From Anaeromyxobacteraceae bacterium (GTDB lineage Bacteria > Myxococcota > Myxococcia > Myxococcales > Anaeromyxobacteraceae), in the NCBI GenBank assembly GCA_032654565.1, contig JAULAX010000015.1:1226124-1290123 (forward strand): DNA of 64,000 nt. The letters run 5' to 3'. Below are positions 1 through 8,725 of this stretch, piece by piece. How positions within the stretch are numbered: the stretch's first letter is position 1; every line of letters starts with the position of its first letter. A program made the translations under genes and the position numbers. Below the pieces are notes generated by a model that was given only the letters and a program-made list of their open reading frames with translations, did not search any database and was not told the origin of the DNA.

Positions 1-1291
1 AGCGGCGGGCGCCGCCGGTGCGGTAGGCGGCGCGCAGGCGGGCCATGCGGCGGGCGTTGCGGATGGCCCAGCGCTGGCCGGCCCGCTTCATGCGGGTCTG
101 GAGGACGTGGCGGTGGGCGCTCTCGATGGCGCCGCTGCCGATGGGGAAGCCGTTGGCCCGGTACAGGGCGTACTTCATCCGGTTGGCGTTGCTCCGGTAG
201 TAGCCGATCAGGTTCTCGGCAGCGTCGAGGGACTCCCGCTGGTTTCGCCTGGGGATGAACTCCAGGCAATCCATCAACTCGCTGATGACGGCCGGGATCT
301 TGCCCGTCGACAGCAACTCCTCGGCCCGCCGCTGCCACAGCGGCAGCCAGGGGCTCTCCTCGCCCAGCAGCACGCGGCCGCACTCCACCGCGTGCTCCAC
401 GGCGTGGTGCCAGTCGAGGATCTGCACCGCATCCGGCGAGAGCTGCTCGGCCAGCGTCCAGTTGCAGGCCGCGCCGTCACCCAGCCAGATCACCACGCCG
501 GCCTCGTCGATCCGCTCGGCCTGGAGCAGCTCCTCCAGCACCGGCGAGAAGTTCCCGAGGCCGCCCACCACCGCGGCGTAGCGAGCGGTGCCGGGCATCG
601 GCTCGTTCACGGCGACGTCGTGCCGGTAGGTCACGCCCACCTTGGCCTCCTTCCAAGCCTCGGCGCCGCGGATCGGCAGCATGCTGCCGTCCACCTCGAC
701 CACCAGCGCCTTCGGCGCCTCTCCCTTCGGCTTCAGCTCCTCCTGCAAGTAGAGCTGGTCGGCCGCCTCGCACTGCGCGCCCACCCGCGCCACCACGCGG
801 CGGAGCAGGTTCTCCGAGATCGGCTCGGCGTAGTGCAGGCTCCAGCGGGCCGCGCACTCGCCGTAGACGTCGTTCACCGCGAAGTCGAGCACTCGCTTCT
901 CCATCTCGCTGGTCAGCTCGCCCTCCTCGGGCAGGTCGAGCAGCCGATCCACCGGGTAGAAGCCGTACTGGCACGCCTCGCAGTAGTGGTAGTTGCGCCT
1001 GAACGTCACCGGGCCGGCCAGGCTCCGCGCCGTCCGCTCGCGGTCACGGGCCTTCACCGCCACCCGCTTGCCGCACTTCGGGCAGGCCTTCGCCGTCGGC
1101 TTCTCCGGCTTCATCCGCGAGAGCATCAGCGCGATGGACGGCTCCCGGTCATCCCGGGTCGCCTTCTCCACCGAGAGCTCCATCTCGCTCATCGTCATCC
1201 CTTCGTGGAAGTGCTCGTCCGCATGCCGCCGGGCGAGCTCCTCGACGAGGTCCTTCTCCGAGAACTGCTTCAGTGCGCGCTTTCGGGCCAT
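1..1291 (-). CDS. ISKra4-family (UPF0236-like) DDE transposase, 3' end beyond the window edge
   Basis: Translated by hand from the ATG at 1291: MARKRALKQFSEKDLVEEL...CPKCGK...YHYCEACQYGFYPVD...VEVDGSMLPIRG...WKEAKVG...YRANGFPIGSGAIESAHRHVLQTRMKRAGQRW. The Zn-ribbon Cys pairs and the GSGxIES...RMKxxGxRW C-terminal motif are typical of the family. It has no stop inside the window, so it is missing from the ORF track. Confidence 0.85.
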   Translation of the reverse strand, partial: MARKRALKQFSEKDLVEELARRHADEHFHEGMTMSEMELSVEKATRDDREPSIALMLSRMKPEKPTAKACPKCGKRVAVKARDRERTARSLAGPVTFRRNYHYCEACQYGFYPVDRLLDLPEEGELTSEMEKRVLDFAVNDVYGECAARWSLHYAEPISENLLRRVVARVGAQCEAADQLYLQEELKPKGEAPKALVVEVDGSMLPIRGAEAWKEAKVGVTYRHDVAVNEPMPGTARYAAVVGGLGNFSPVLEELLQAERIDEAGVVIWLGDGAACNWTLAEQLSPDAVQILDWHHAVEHAVECGRVLLGEESPWLPLWQRRAEELLSTGKIPAVISELMDCLEFIPRRNQRESLDAAENLIGYYRSNANRMKYALYRANGFPIGSGAIESAHRHVLQTRMKRAGQRWAIRNARRMARLRAAYRTGGARR

Positions 1292-1459
1292 GCCCGAAAA
1301 AGATCATGCCCGGGCCAACCTGTCGATCTCCCGTACCGGGAGCGGGCAGCCCGCACCCCGGCCCCGATCACCCGGCCGGTCCAAGCCCGCAGACCGATGG
1401 GGCTTTCCCCGCGCCCCGGATCGGCCGCCAAAGAGATTCCTCAACTCGGGCGTGCGCCC
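1..1459 (-). mobile_element. ISKra4-family insertion sequence (partial); probable left end near 1459
   Basis: Transposase as above. Candidate terminus GGGCGCACGCCCGAGTTGAG (minus strand, 1459-1440) resembles the GGG-starting ends of this family. The other end is not in the window. Confidence 0.6.
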
Positions 1460-1544
1460 CCTCCCGGGCGGTGTCAGACCCCCCGGCTAGCCTCCTCGAG
1501 TCGCCCCAGCACCCGGGGCGGCGCTCTCTCCGCTGGAGGTTCAG

Positions 1545-1997
1545 ATGGCCGTCAAGGTCATGGTCGCGCCCGCCCTCGTGCGCGGCGCCGAGTCGAAGTC
1601 GGTAGTCGCCAGGAAGGCCAGCCCGGCCGGTGAGTCGCCTCGCCCCAGGCGGCGGCGGTCCTCGATCTACGACGCCGACGGCAGCGAGGTCTTCATCACC
1701 CTGATGTGCCTGAAATGCCACCAGATGCGGCCTCTGTCGCAGTTCGGCCTGCGCAAGATGGCCGACGGCGCCATCCGCAACCAGCCCTGGTGCCGCCCCT
1801 GCCGCTCGGCCGCGGGCACCGGCAAGGGGAAGCTCAAGGAAGCTGCAGTGGAGATGGAGTCCACAGAAACTGTAGTCCCCGTGAGCACCCTGTCCGAGCC
1901 CTCGCCGCTGGCCTCCGAGGCCGAGGCGCCGCGAGCCCGCGATGGCCAGCTCGCCGCCCAGGTGGCCGCGGCCCTGGCCGCCGGCCTCGGGCGCTGA
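1545..1997 (+). CDS. Small C4 zinc-finger-like hypothetical protein
   Basis: GGAGG RBS before the ATG; CLKC-x24-CRPC; basic PRRRR stretch; GC3-rich codons. Confidence 0.75.
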   Translation: MAVKVMVAPALVRGAESKSVVARKASPAGESPRPRRRRSSIYDADGSEVFITLMCLKCHQMRPLSQFGLRKMADGAIRNQPWCRPCRSAAGTGKGKLKEAAVEMESTETVVPVSTLSEPSPLASEAEAPRARDGQLAAQVAAALAAGLGR

Positions 1998-2264
1998 TCC
2001 GGCCTCGCTGATCGGGCCGGTCGGGCGGAGCGCGGCGCTCCAGATCCCCGGTTTCCGTGCGGTTTAGGGTCGCAGTCCGCCCTGCGCGCTTCTTACCGAG
2101 GCCGGATTTCGCTGGGCCAAATCCTAAATAGACCTTCTGGCTCCACGACTTACGCCCGTTTCTCGTTTGCAGTTGGCGAGAACGCACAAGTAGTATGCGT
2201 CCCCTCGGTACATCCCGAAGGTTCGTGACGCTGCACCTACCCGCCCCCGGCTGGAGGAAACACC

Positions 2265-3593
2265 ATGGCTGACTCCAATTTGAAGCTGAAGCTCAAGGAG
2301 AAGATCGAGGCGCATCGTCCCCGCATCACCAAGCTCAACAAGGAGTTTGGCGAGGTGGTGATCGACAAGGTCAACATCGGCCAGTGCATCGGCGGCGCGC
2401 GCGACATCCGCTCGCTGGTGACCGACATCTCCTACCTGGACCCGCAGGAGGGCATCCGCTTCCGCGGCCGCACCATCCCGGAGACCTTCGCCGCCCTCCC
2501 CAAGGCGCCGGGCAGCGACCAGCCCTACGTCGAGGGGTTCTTCTGGTACCTGCTGACCGGCGACGTGCCGACCATGGCGCAGACCCTGGAGGTGGTGGAG
2601 GACTGGCGCGCCCGCGCCGAGGTCCCCCAGTACGTCATCGACGTGCTCCGCGCCCTGCCGCGCGACTCGCACCCCATGGCCCTCTTCTCCTCGGCCATCC
2701 TGTCGATGCAGCGTGAGTCGATCTTCTTCAAGAAGTACAGCGAGGGCGGCCTGAAGAAGAACGACATGTGGGATCCCATGTACGAGGACTCCATGAACCT
2801 GCTGGCCAAGCTGCCGGCCATCGCCGCGTACATCTACCGGATGAAGTACAAGGGCGACACCTTCATCGCCCCGGATCCGAAGCTCGACTGGGGCGCGAAC
2901 TTCGCCCACATGATCGGGCAGAAGAAGCCGTACGACGACGTGGCCCGGATGTACTTCATCCTCCACTCCGACCACGAGTCGGGCAACGTCTCGGCGCACA
3001 CCACCCACCTGGTGGCCTCGGCGCTCAGCGACGCCTACTACTCCCTGTCGGCCGGCATCAACGGCCTGGCCGGCCCGCTCCACGGCCTCGCCAACCAGGA
3101 GGTGCTGGGCTGGATCCAGAACGTCATGAAGAAGCTGAACAACAAGGTGCCCACCAAGGAGGAGCTGAAGCAGTTCCTCTGGGACACCCTGAACTCCGGC
3201 CAGGTCATCCCGGGCTACGGCCACGCCGTGCTCCGCAAGACCGATCCGCGCTACGTGGCGCAGAACGAGTTCTCCAAGAAGCACCTCCCCAATGACCCGC
3301 TCTTCCAGCTGGTCAACATGATCTACGAGGTGGCGCCGGGCGTCCTCACCGAGCACGGCAAGACCAAGAACCCCTGGCCGAACGTCGACGCGCACTCCGG
3401 CGTCATCCAGTGGTACTACGGCGTCCGCGAGTGGGACTTCTACACCGTCCTCTTCGGCGTCGGCCGCGCCCTCGGCGTGCTCGCCAACATCACCTGGGAC
3501 CGTGGCCTCGGCTACGCCATCGAGCGCCCCAAGTCGGTCACCACCGACATGCTGGAGAAGTGGGCGGCCGAGGGTGGCCGCAAGCTGGCCTAG
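2265..3593 (+). CDS. gltA: Citrate (Si)-synthase, eukaryote/mitochondrial type
   Basis: GIRFRG, HSDHESGNVSAH, GLAGPLHGLANQEV, VIPGYGHAVLRKTDPRY, NPWPNVDAHSG; GGAGG RBS. Confidence 0.97.
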   Translation: MADSNLKLKLKEKIEAHRPRITKLNKEFGEVVIDKVNIGQCIGGARDIRSLVTDISYLDPQEGIRFRGRTIPETFAALPKAPGSDQPYVEGFFWYLLTGDVPTMAQTLEVVEDWRARAEVPQYVIDVLRALPRDSHPMALFSSAILSMQRESIFFKKYSEGGLKKNDMWDPMYEDSMNLLAKLPAIAAYIYRMKYKGDTFIAPDPKLDWGANFAHMIGQKKPYDDVARMYFILHSDHESGNVSAHTTHLVASALSDAYYSLSAGINGLAGPLHGLANQEVLGWIQNVMKKLNNKVPTKEELKQFLWDTLNSGQVIPGYGHAVLRKTDPRYVAQNEFSKKHLPNDPLFQLVNMIYEVAPGVLTEHGKTKNPWPNVDAHSGVIQWYYGVREWDFYTVLFGVGRALGVLANITWDRGLGYAIERPKSVTTDMLEKWAAEGGRKLA

Positions 3594-3621
3594 GCCACGC
3601 CACCGGAGCCACCGCTGCACC

Positions 3622-3649
3622 GGGAGCCGCCTCGCGAGGGGCGGCTCTC
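3622..3649 (+). terminator. GC-rich hairpin with GCGA tetraloop after gltA (no U-tract)
   Basis: GGGAGCCGCCTC-GCGA-GGGGCGGCTCTC; 12-bp stem with two G-U pairs. Confidence 0.5.
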
Positions 3650-3657
3650 GCCGTTCC

Positions 3658-3680
3658 GGGGGGGGGGGGCCGGGGGCGGG
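3658..3680 (+). repeat. G12 homopolymer / G-quadruplex-like tract
   Basis: 12 consecutive G (3658-3669) followed by CC-G5-C-G3. Confidence 0.8.
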
Positions 3681-3720
3681 CCGGTGGTCCGGAGGCGGCC
3701 GGGGAGGGCGTCGCCGTTCC

Positions 3721-3749
3721 TTGACCTCACGGGGCCCCACGGGTAGCGT
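3721..3749 (+). promoter_or_regulatory. Sigma70-like promoter of the DUF4398-OmpA-GAF operon
   Basis: TTGACC-17 nt-TAGCGT, about 35 nt before the GTG at 3784. Confidence 0.55.
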
Positions 3750-3783
3750 CGAACCCTCTGTATTTCGAAAGGGGTTTACTCCC

Positions 3784-4086
3784 GTGCGGCTCCTCCTCGC
3801 CCTCCTGGCGCTCACCTTCGTCGCGGGCTGCGGACCCATCCAATCGACCTCCGCGCTGATCGACGCGGACGTCGAGATCGAGGGGGCCCGGGCCGCCGGC
3901 GCCCAGGCCACCGCCACCTTCGAGTTCACCACCGCCGAGGCCTACCTGCGCAAGGCGCGCGAGCTGGCCGGCTACTCCCAGTACGAGAACGCCGCGGTCT
4001 TCGCCGCCAGGTCGCGCGAGATTGCCAAGGAGGCGCGCATCAAGGCGCTGGCCGCCAGCAACCGCCCCGAGAAGGAGGCCCCGTGA
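3784..4086 (+). CDS. DUF4398-like helical lipoprotein
   Basis: GTG start; signal MRLLLALLALTFVAG-C; Ala-rich helical body (ARAAGA...AEAYLRKARE); GTGA overlap with the next gene. Confidence 0.8.
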   Translation: MRLLLALLALTFVAGCGPIQSTSALIDADVEIEGARAAGAQATATFEFTTAEAYLRKARELAGYSQYENAAVFAARSREIAKEARIKALAASNRPEKEAP

Positions 4087-5270
4087 GGACCCGCCGGCTG
4101 GTCACGGCGCTCTGCCTGCTCACCCTGGCCGGCTGCGCCGCCGGCGGCAAGCTGAAGCGCAACGCCGACGTGCTGACCCAGGACGCCGTCAAGGCCCGCA
4201 ACAGCGGGGCCGCCCGCTGCGCCCCGCGCGAGCTGGCGCTGGCCGAGGCCAACCTGGACTTCGGCAAGGCCGAGATCGACTGGGGCAACGCCTCCCGCGC
4301 CGCCGACCACCTCAAGGTGGCCGAGCAGAACATGAAGAAGGCGCTGGAGCTCTCCCGCACCTGCGGCCCGGCCAAGGTCACCATCAGCGAGAAGAAGCCG
4401 GTCCCCGCGGCGGCCCCGGTGGTGGCGCCCGTCATCGTCATCGAGCGGACCGACCGCGACGGCGACGGCGTCCCCGACCTCGAGGACAAGTGCCCCGACC
4501 AGCCCGGACCGCGCGAGAACCAGGGCTGCCCGGTCTCCAAGGACTCCGACGGCGACGGCATCCCCGACGACATCGACCGCTGTCCGCTCGACCCGGAGGA
4601 CCTCGACGGCTTCCAGGACGAGGACGGCTGCCCCGACCCGGACAACGACGGCGACGGCATCGTCGACAAGATCGACGCCTGCCCCAACACCTCCGGCCCC
4701 ATCTCCAACCGCGGCTGCCCGGTGCTGGACCGCGACGGCGACGGCATCCCCGACGACCAGGACAAGTGCCCGGACCAGGCCGGCCCCAAGGAGAACGGCG
4801 GCTGCCCCGACGCCGATCGCGACGGCGACGGCATCGTCGACCGGCTCGACAAGTGCCCGGACGTGCCGGGCGTGGCGCCGGACGGCTGCCCCAAGAAGTA
4901 CACGCTGGTCGAGGTGAAGAAGGACCGCATCGTCATCAAGCAGCAGGTCCACTTCCAGTCGGCCAAGTCGGCGGTGCTGCCCGACTCCTTCCCGCTGCTC
5001 GACCAGGTGGTGCAGGTGCTCCGCGACTACCCGAAGATGCGGGTCTCCGTGGAGGGGCACACCGACGCCATCGGCGGCGAGCTCCTCAACATGAAGCTGA
5101 GCCAGGCCCGCGCCGAGTCGGTGCGGAAGTACCTCACCGGCAAGGGGATCCCCGACGACCGGCTCGAGGCGGTGGGCTTCGGGCCGACCAAGCCCATCGC
5201 CTCCAACAAGACCGAGAAGGGGCGGGGCCAGAACCGCCGCACCGAGTTCCGCATCATCTCGACGGAGTAG
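4083..5270 (+). CDS. OmpA-family lipoprotein: DUF4398-like N-terminus, ~6 thrombospondin type-3 repeats, OmpA C-terminal peptidoglycan-binding domain
   Basis: LAGC lipobox; DxDGDGIPDxxDxCP repeats; VEGHTD, LSQARAESV, NRRTEF. Confidence 0.92.
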   Translation: MRTRRLVTALCLLTLAGCAAGGKLKRNADVLTQDAVKARNSGAARCAPRELALAEANLDFGKAEIDWGNASRAADHLKVAEQNMKKALELSRTCGPAKVTISEKKPVPAAAPVVAPVIVIERTDRDGDGVPDLEDKCPDQPGPRENQGCPVSKDSDGDGIPDDIDRCPLDPEDLDGFQDEDGCPDPDNDGDGIVDKIDACPNTSGPISNRGCPVLDRDGDGIPDDQDKCPDQAGPKENGGCPDADRDGDGIVDRLDKCPDVPGVAPDGCPKKYTLVEVKKDRIVIKQQVHFQSAKSAVLPDSFPLLDQVVQVLRDYPKMRVSVEGHTDAIGGELLNMKLSQARAESVRKYLTGKGIPDDRLEAVGFGPTKPIASNKTEKGRGQNRRTEFRIISTE

Positions 5271-5282
5271 GGCTCTCACTCA

Positions 5283-6356
5283 ATGGCTCGCTTCGAGGTC
5301 TTCGTCCCGGCGGCGCCGCCCAAGGTCCCCATGGACCTGACGCTGCGGCTCGACGCCGACCACTGGCTGGGGGCGCTCAAGACCGGGCTGCAGCGGCTCG
5401 GCGAGGTCCACCCGGCCAACAACGTCCTGTGCGACATCCAGGCCGACGGCTCGATCCACGTCACCGACCCGGACTCGGGGCGGGTCTTCCGCATCCTCGA
5501 GCTGCCGGCCACCACGCCGGTCGACCCCATGCCGGTGGTCAGGCCCGCGCCCCCGGCTCCGGTGGCCGCGCCTCCCCCTCCGCCTCCTCCTCCGCCTCCA
5601 GCCGCTGCCCCGCCTCCGCCCCCCGCCCCGCCGCCTCCGGCCCGGGTGGTGCCCGCCCCGGCGCCGGTCGCCGAGCCGAAGCCGGCGCCCCGGCCGCCCC
5701 CCGCGCCGGCACCGCCGCCCGAGCCGAAGCGGGTGGCCCCGGCGCCCGCCCGGTCCGGCCCGCGCCCCTCCGGCCACGTCGACCGGGTGGTCGAGGCCCG
5801 CAGCCCCACCGTCACCCCGATCCACCCCATCGGCCGCATCGCCATCGTGGTCAAGGCCGAGGACGTGCTGGCCGACCTCTTCCTCGAGGTCAGCGAGCTG
5901 GGGCGGATCCAGGACCGCAAGGCCGGGCTGGGGTTCGTGCTCGACGCCGCCATGCGGGTCATCGGCTGCGAGGCCGGCTCGGTCTTCACCACCGACCTGG
6001 GGCGCAGCGATCTCTCCTTCGCGGTGGTGCGCGGCCCCTCCGCCGACAAGCTGGCGGCGCTGGGGATGAAGGTGCCCATCGGCGTGGGGCTGGTGGGCTT
6101 CTGCGCCCAGGAGAACGTCTGCGTGGCGGTCTCCGACGCCGAGAAGGACTCGCGCTTCTACCGCGCCGTCTCCGAGGCCACCGGCTACCAGACCCGCTCG
6201 CTGCTCTGCGCCCCCATGGCGCAGCAGGGGCTGGTGGTGGGGTGCCTGGAGGTGCTCAACAAGAAGGGCGGCAAGCTCTTCGACCAGAAGGACCTGGCGG
6301 TCCTCTCCTACCTGGCGGCGCAGGCGGCGGCCTTCCTGGCCCGCCTCGACGGGTAG
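5283..6356 (+). CDS. GAF-domain protein with Pro-rich linker
   Basis: C-terminal GAF (GVGLVGFCA...DAEKDSRF...TRSLLCAPM...LEVLNK...FDQKDL); ~100-aa Pro/Ala linker. Confidence 0.88.
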   Translation: MARFEVFVPAAPPKVPMDLTLRLDADHWLGALKTGLQRLGEVHPANNVLCDIQADGSIHVTDPDSGRVFRILELPATTPVDPMPVVRPAPPAPVAAPPPPPPPPPPAAAPPPPPAPPPPARVVPAPAPVAEPKPAPRPPPAPAPPPEPKRVAPAPARSGPRPSGHVDRVVEARSPTVTPIHPIGRIAIVVKAEDVLADLFLEVSELGRIQDRKAGLGFVLDAAMRVIGCEAGSVFTTDLGRSDLSFAVVRGPSADKLAALGMKVPIGVGLVGFCAQENVCVAVSDAEKDSRFYRAVSEATGYQTRSLLCAPMAQQGLVVGCLEVLNKKGGKLFDQKDLAVLSYLAAQAAAFLARLDG

Positions 6357-6419
6357 CCTTCGCTGCCGGCGGCCACCCCGGCCCGGCGACGAGCCCGGGG
6401 CGGGGCCAGCGCGCCCTCC

Positions 6420-7463
6420 TCACTCCCCGTCGTCGGGCAGGTCGGCGTCGGCCTTCATCAGCTCGCGCATCACCACCGTGGCGTAGCTGCCGCGCGGCAG
6501 GTCGAAGCGGGCCAGGTAGCCGTCGGGGAGCGGCGAGAGCGCCACCTCGATGGGGAGCCGGGCCGCCCGCCGGGTGCCGGCCGCCTCGTCGCCGCCGCGG
6601 GCGAAGTCGGCCAGGGTGAGCCCCTCCGCCGCCAGCAGCCGCGCCTCGCGCTCGGCGGGCACGCCGCCGGCCGCCGGCTTGAGCTGGTGGCCGAACATGG
6701 GGCCGGCCGGGCTCACCTCGAAGGCCGCCACCCGCGCCGCGTCCAGGCCGGGGTCCTCGCAGACGAAGACCCCGCCGCTCTCCAGCTTCTTGAGCACGTC
6801 GCCGACGAGGGCGGTGGCGAAGAGGCCGTCGGCGATCCGCTCCGACAGCCAGCGGTTGAAGAGCTCCGACTGGTAGGCGGAGAGGGCGAAGCGGCGCAGG
6901 AAGCGGTCGCGGGCCGCCCGCCGGGCCTCCGGCGGCGGGTCCGGGGAGAGCAGGGCCCGCCCCAGGGTGGCGTTGGCGCCGTCCTGGCCGAACCGCTGCG
7001 GGCCGAAGAAGTTGGGCAGCCCGGCCCGGGCCAGGGCCTCGGCGCAGCCCCGCGCCGCCGCGAGGTCGCCGCCCCGCACCGCCACCTCGAAGCCGTTGCC
7101 GCGAGCGTGGCCGGGGCGCAGCTTGTTCTGGTGGCGCGAGGCGGCCAGCACACGGTAGCCGTCACCGGCCAGCGACGCCGGATCCGGGTCGCGGGCCACC
7201 GGGAAGCTGAGCCACTGGGTGGTCAGCGCCACCTTGTCCTTGAGGCCGGCGTACCCGGCGTCGCGCTCGGCCACCCCCAGGGCCCGGGCCAGGGCCCGGA
7301 CCACGTCGCGGGTGGTGCGCCCCCGCTTCTCGACGTGGAGGTAGAGGTGCGGCCCGGCGCCGGCCGGGAGGTAGGCCGGCCGCTCGTCGACGCGGAAGTC
7401 CTCGGGCGTGGCCTTGAGCCGCCCGCCCGAGCCGGGGCAGGCGGCGGTGACGTAGGGGATCAC
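6420..7463 (-). CDS. truD: tRNA pseudouridine(13) synthase TruD
   Basis: GRLKATPEDFRVDE, YAGLKDK, PNFFGPQRFG, FDLPRGSYATVVMRE. The real start is the GTG at 7463 (GTGA overlap), not 8630. Confidence 0.93.
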   Translation of the reverse strand: MIPYVTAACPGSGGRLKATPEDFRVDERPAYLPAGAGPHLYLHVEKRGRTTRDVVRALARALGVAERDAGYAGLKDKVALTTQWLSFPVARDPDPASLAGDGYRVLAASRHQNKLRPGHARGNGFEVAVRGGDLAAARGCAEALARAGLPNFFGPQRFGQDGANATLGRALLSPDPPPEARRAARDRFLRRFALSAYQSELFNRWLSERIADGLFATALVGDVLKKLESGGVFVCEDPGLDAARVAAFEVSPAGPMFGHQLKPAAGGVPAEREARLLAAEGLTLADFARGGDEAAGTRRAARLPIEVALSPLPDGYLARFDLPRGSYATVVMRELMKADADLPDDGE

Positions 7464-8725
7464 CCGCCGGCCAGCCCCTCGAGGGCCGTCAGCTTGCGCC
7501 GCACCAGCGCCCCCAGGGTCTCGTCGGCCTCGCGCGAGAGCCGGTCGGCGGCCAGGAAGAGGTTGAAGAAGACCAGCTCGCGCAGCCCCTCGGCCAGCAG
7601 CCGCAGGGCGTCCCCCTCCGGCGGGTGCAGGGCCTCCAGGTTGGCCAGCAGCGCCGCGGCGTCGAGCCCGCCGTCGGAGGGCATGTCGAGGCCGCGGAAG
7701 AGCGGGGCGAAGGGGACGGTGCGATCCTGCAGGTGGGCCGAGGCGGCCTCGAGGAAGGCCGGCCGGGCGCTGGCGGGGAGGGCGATGGTCACCAGCCGGA
7801 GCAGCTCGACGTAGCCGCCGGCCAGCGCCGCCAGCCGGTCGACGTGCCCCTCCGACCGGGGGGCGGCGGGCGCCTCGGCGGTCTCCACGTAGCCGGCCTC
7901 GGCCAGGTGGTAGAGCACCTTGGTGGCGTCGAACTCGCCCAGCCGGGCGGCGCTGGCCACCTGGGCGACGCTGCGCCGGCCGTCGACCAGGGCGAGGAGC
8001 TGCTGCTCCACCGGCTGCAGGGTGACCGCCCGGGTGGGCTCGCGGCGGCGCAGGAACGCCCCCGGCCCGGGGATGCGGGCCTTGAAGAGGCTGAGCTCGT
8101 CGATGCGCCGGATCCCGTCCATGAGCAGGGCCTGGGTGCTCACCGCCTGCGGGGCGGTGTTCAGGTCCGGCTCCTCGTCGTCGGCCAGCCAGAAGATCCC
8201 CGAGGGGAGCAGCAGGATGGCGTGGAAGACGGCGGTGATCTGCTCGTGGAAGCAGCGCCACAGGTCGTTGGAGGTGAGCAGCCCCAGCTCCACCAGCGCC
8301 TTGCCCAGCGGCCGGGGCCCGCCCATGGCCTTCTCCAGCTGGGCCTCGTTGACCAGCCCGAGCTTGAGCGCCACCTCGCCGATGCGCTCGCCCACCACCG
8401 TGGAGCGGGAGCTGCGCACCTCGCCGTCCTTGAAGGCGATGGCCCGCTCGGCGTCGGCGTTGACCACGTGCAGGACGCCGCTGAGCCGGGCCTGGTGGGC
8501 GAAGGCGATGAAGTCGGCGATGGGGAAGCCGGAGAGGTCGCCGGCCAGGGCGACGCGGGGGTGGGGCGAGGCGCCGCCGGAGGCCGGGGTGCGGCGGGCC
8601 ACCAGCAGGTCGGGGGAGGAGGGGAGCCACTCGAACCGGCCGGCCCGCTCGCCCAGCGCGGTGCGGACCTCGCCCGAGCCAGGCGCCACCCGGCCGTGGG
8701 GGTCGATGTCGAGCCAGTGGGGCAT
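7460..8725 (-). CDS. DUF4388 (PatA_N)-domain protein with MshEN-like motif
   Basis: LAGDLSGFPIADFIAFAHQARLSGVLHV...IAFKDGEV; STQALLMDGIRRIDE; wHTH-like LVDGRRSVAQV; ATG at 8725. Confidence 0.85.
   Translation of the reverse strand: MPHWLDIDPHGRVAPGSGEVRTALGERAGRFEWLPSSPDLLVARRTPASGGASPHPRVALAGDLSGFPIADFIAFAHQARLSGVLHVVNADAERAIAFKDGEVRSSRSTVVGERIGEVALKLGLVNEAQLEKAMGGPRPLGKALVELGLLTSNDLWRCFHEQITAVFHAILLLPSGIFWLADDEEPDLNTAPQAVSTQALLMDGIRRIDELSLFKARIPGPGAFLRRREPTRAVTLQPVEQQLLALVDGRRSVAQVASAARLGEFDATKVLYHLAEAGYVETAEAPAAPRSEGHVDRLAALAGGYVELLRLVTIALPASARPAFLEAASAHLQDRTVPFAPLFRGLDMPSDGGLDAAALLANLEALHPPEGDALRLLAEGLRELVFFNLFLAADRLSREADETLGALVRRKLTALEGLAGG

Noticed and set aside
107..1633. 508-aa plus-strand ORF, and the many other very long ORFs (e.g. 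24502..28635-, 29158..34062-, 13562..15037+)
   Set aside because: Antisense or off-frame shadows of real genes, expected at this GC content; they carry no motifs and have R/P/G/A-biased composition.
4083..5270. TraB of the TraAB outer-membrane exchange system
   Set aside because: It shares TSP3 + OmpA domains but lacks the N-terminal beta-barrel, and no traA-like gene lies upstream.
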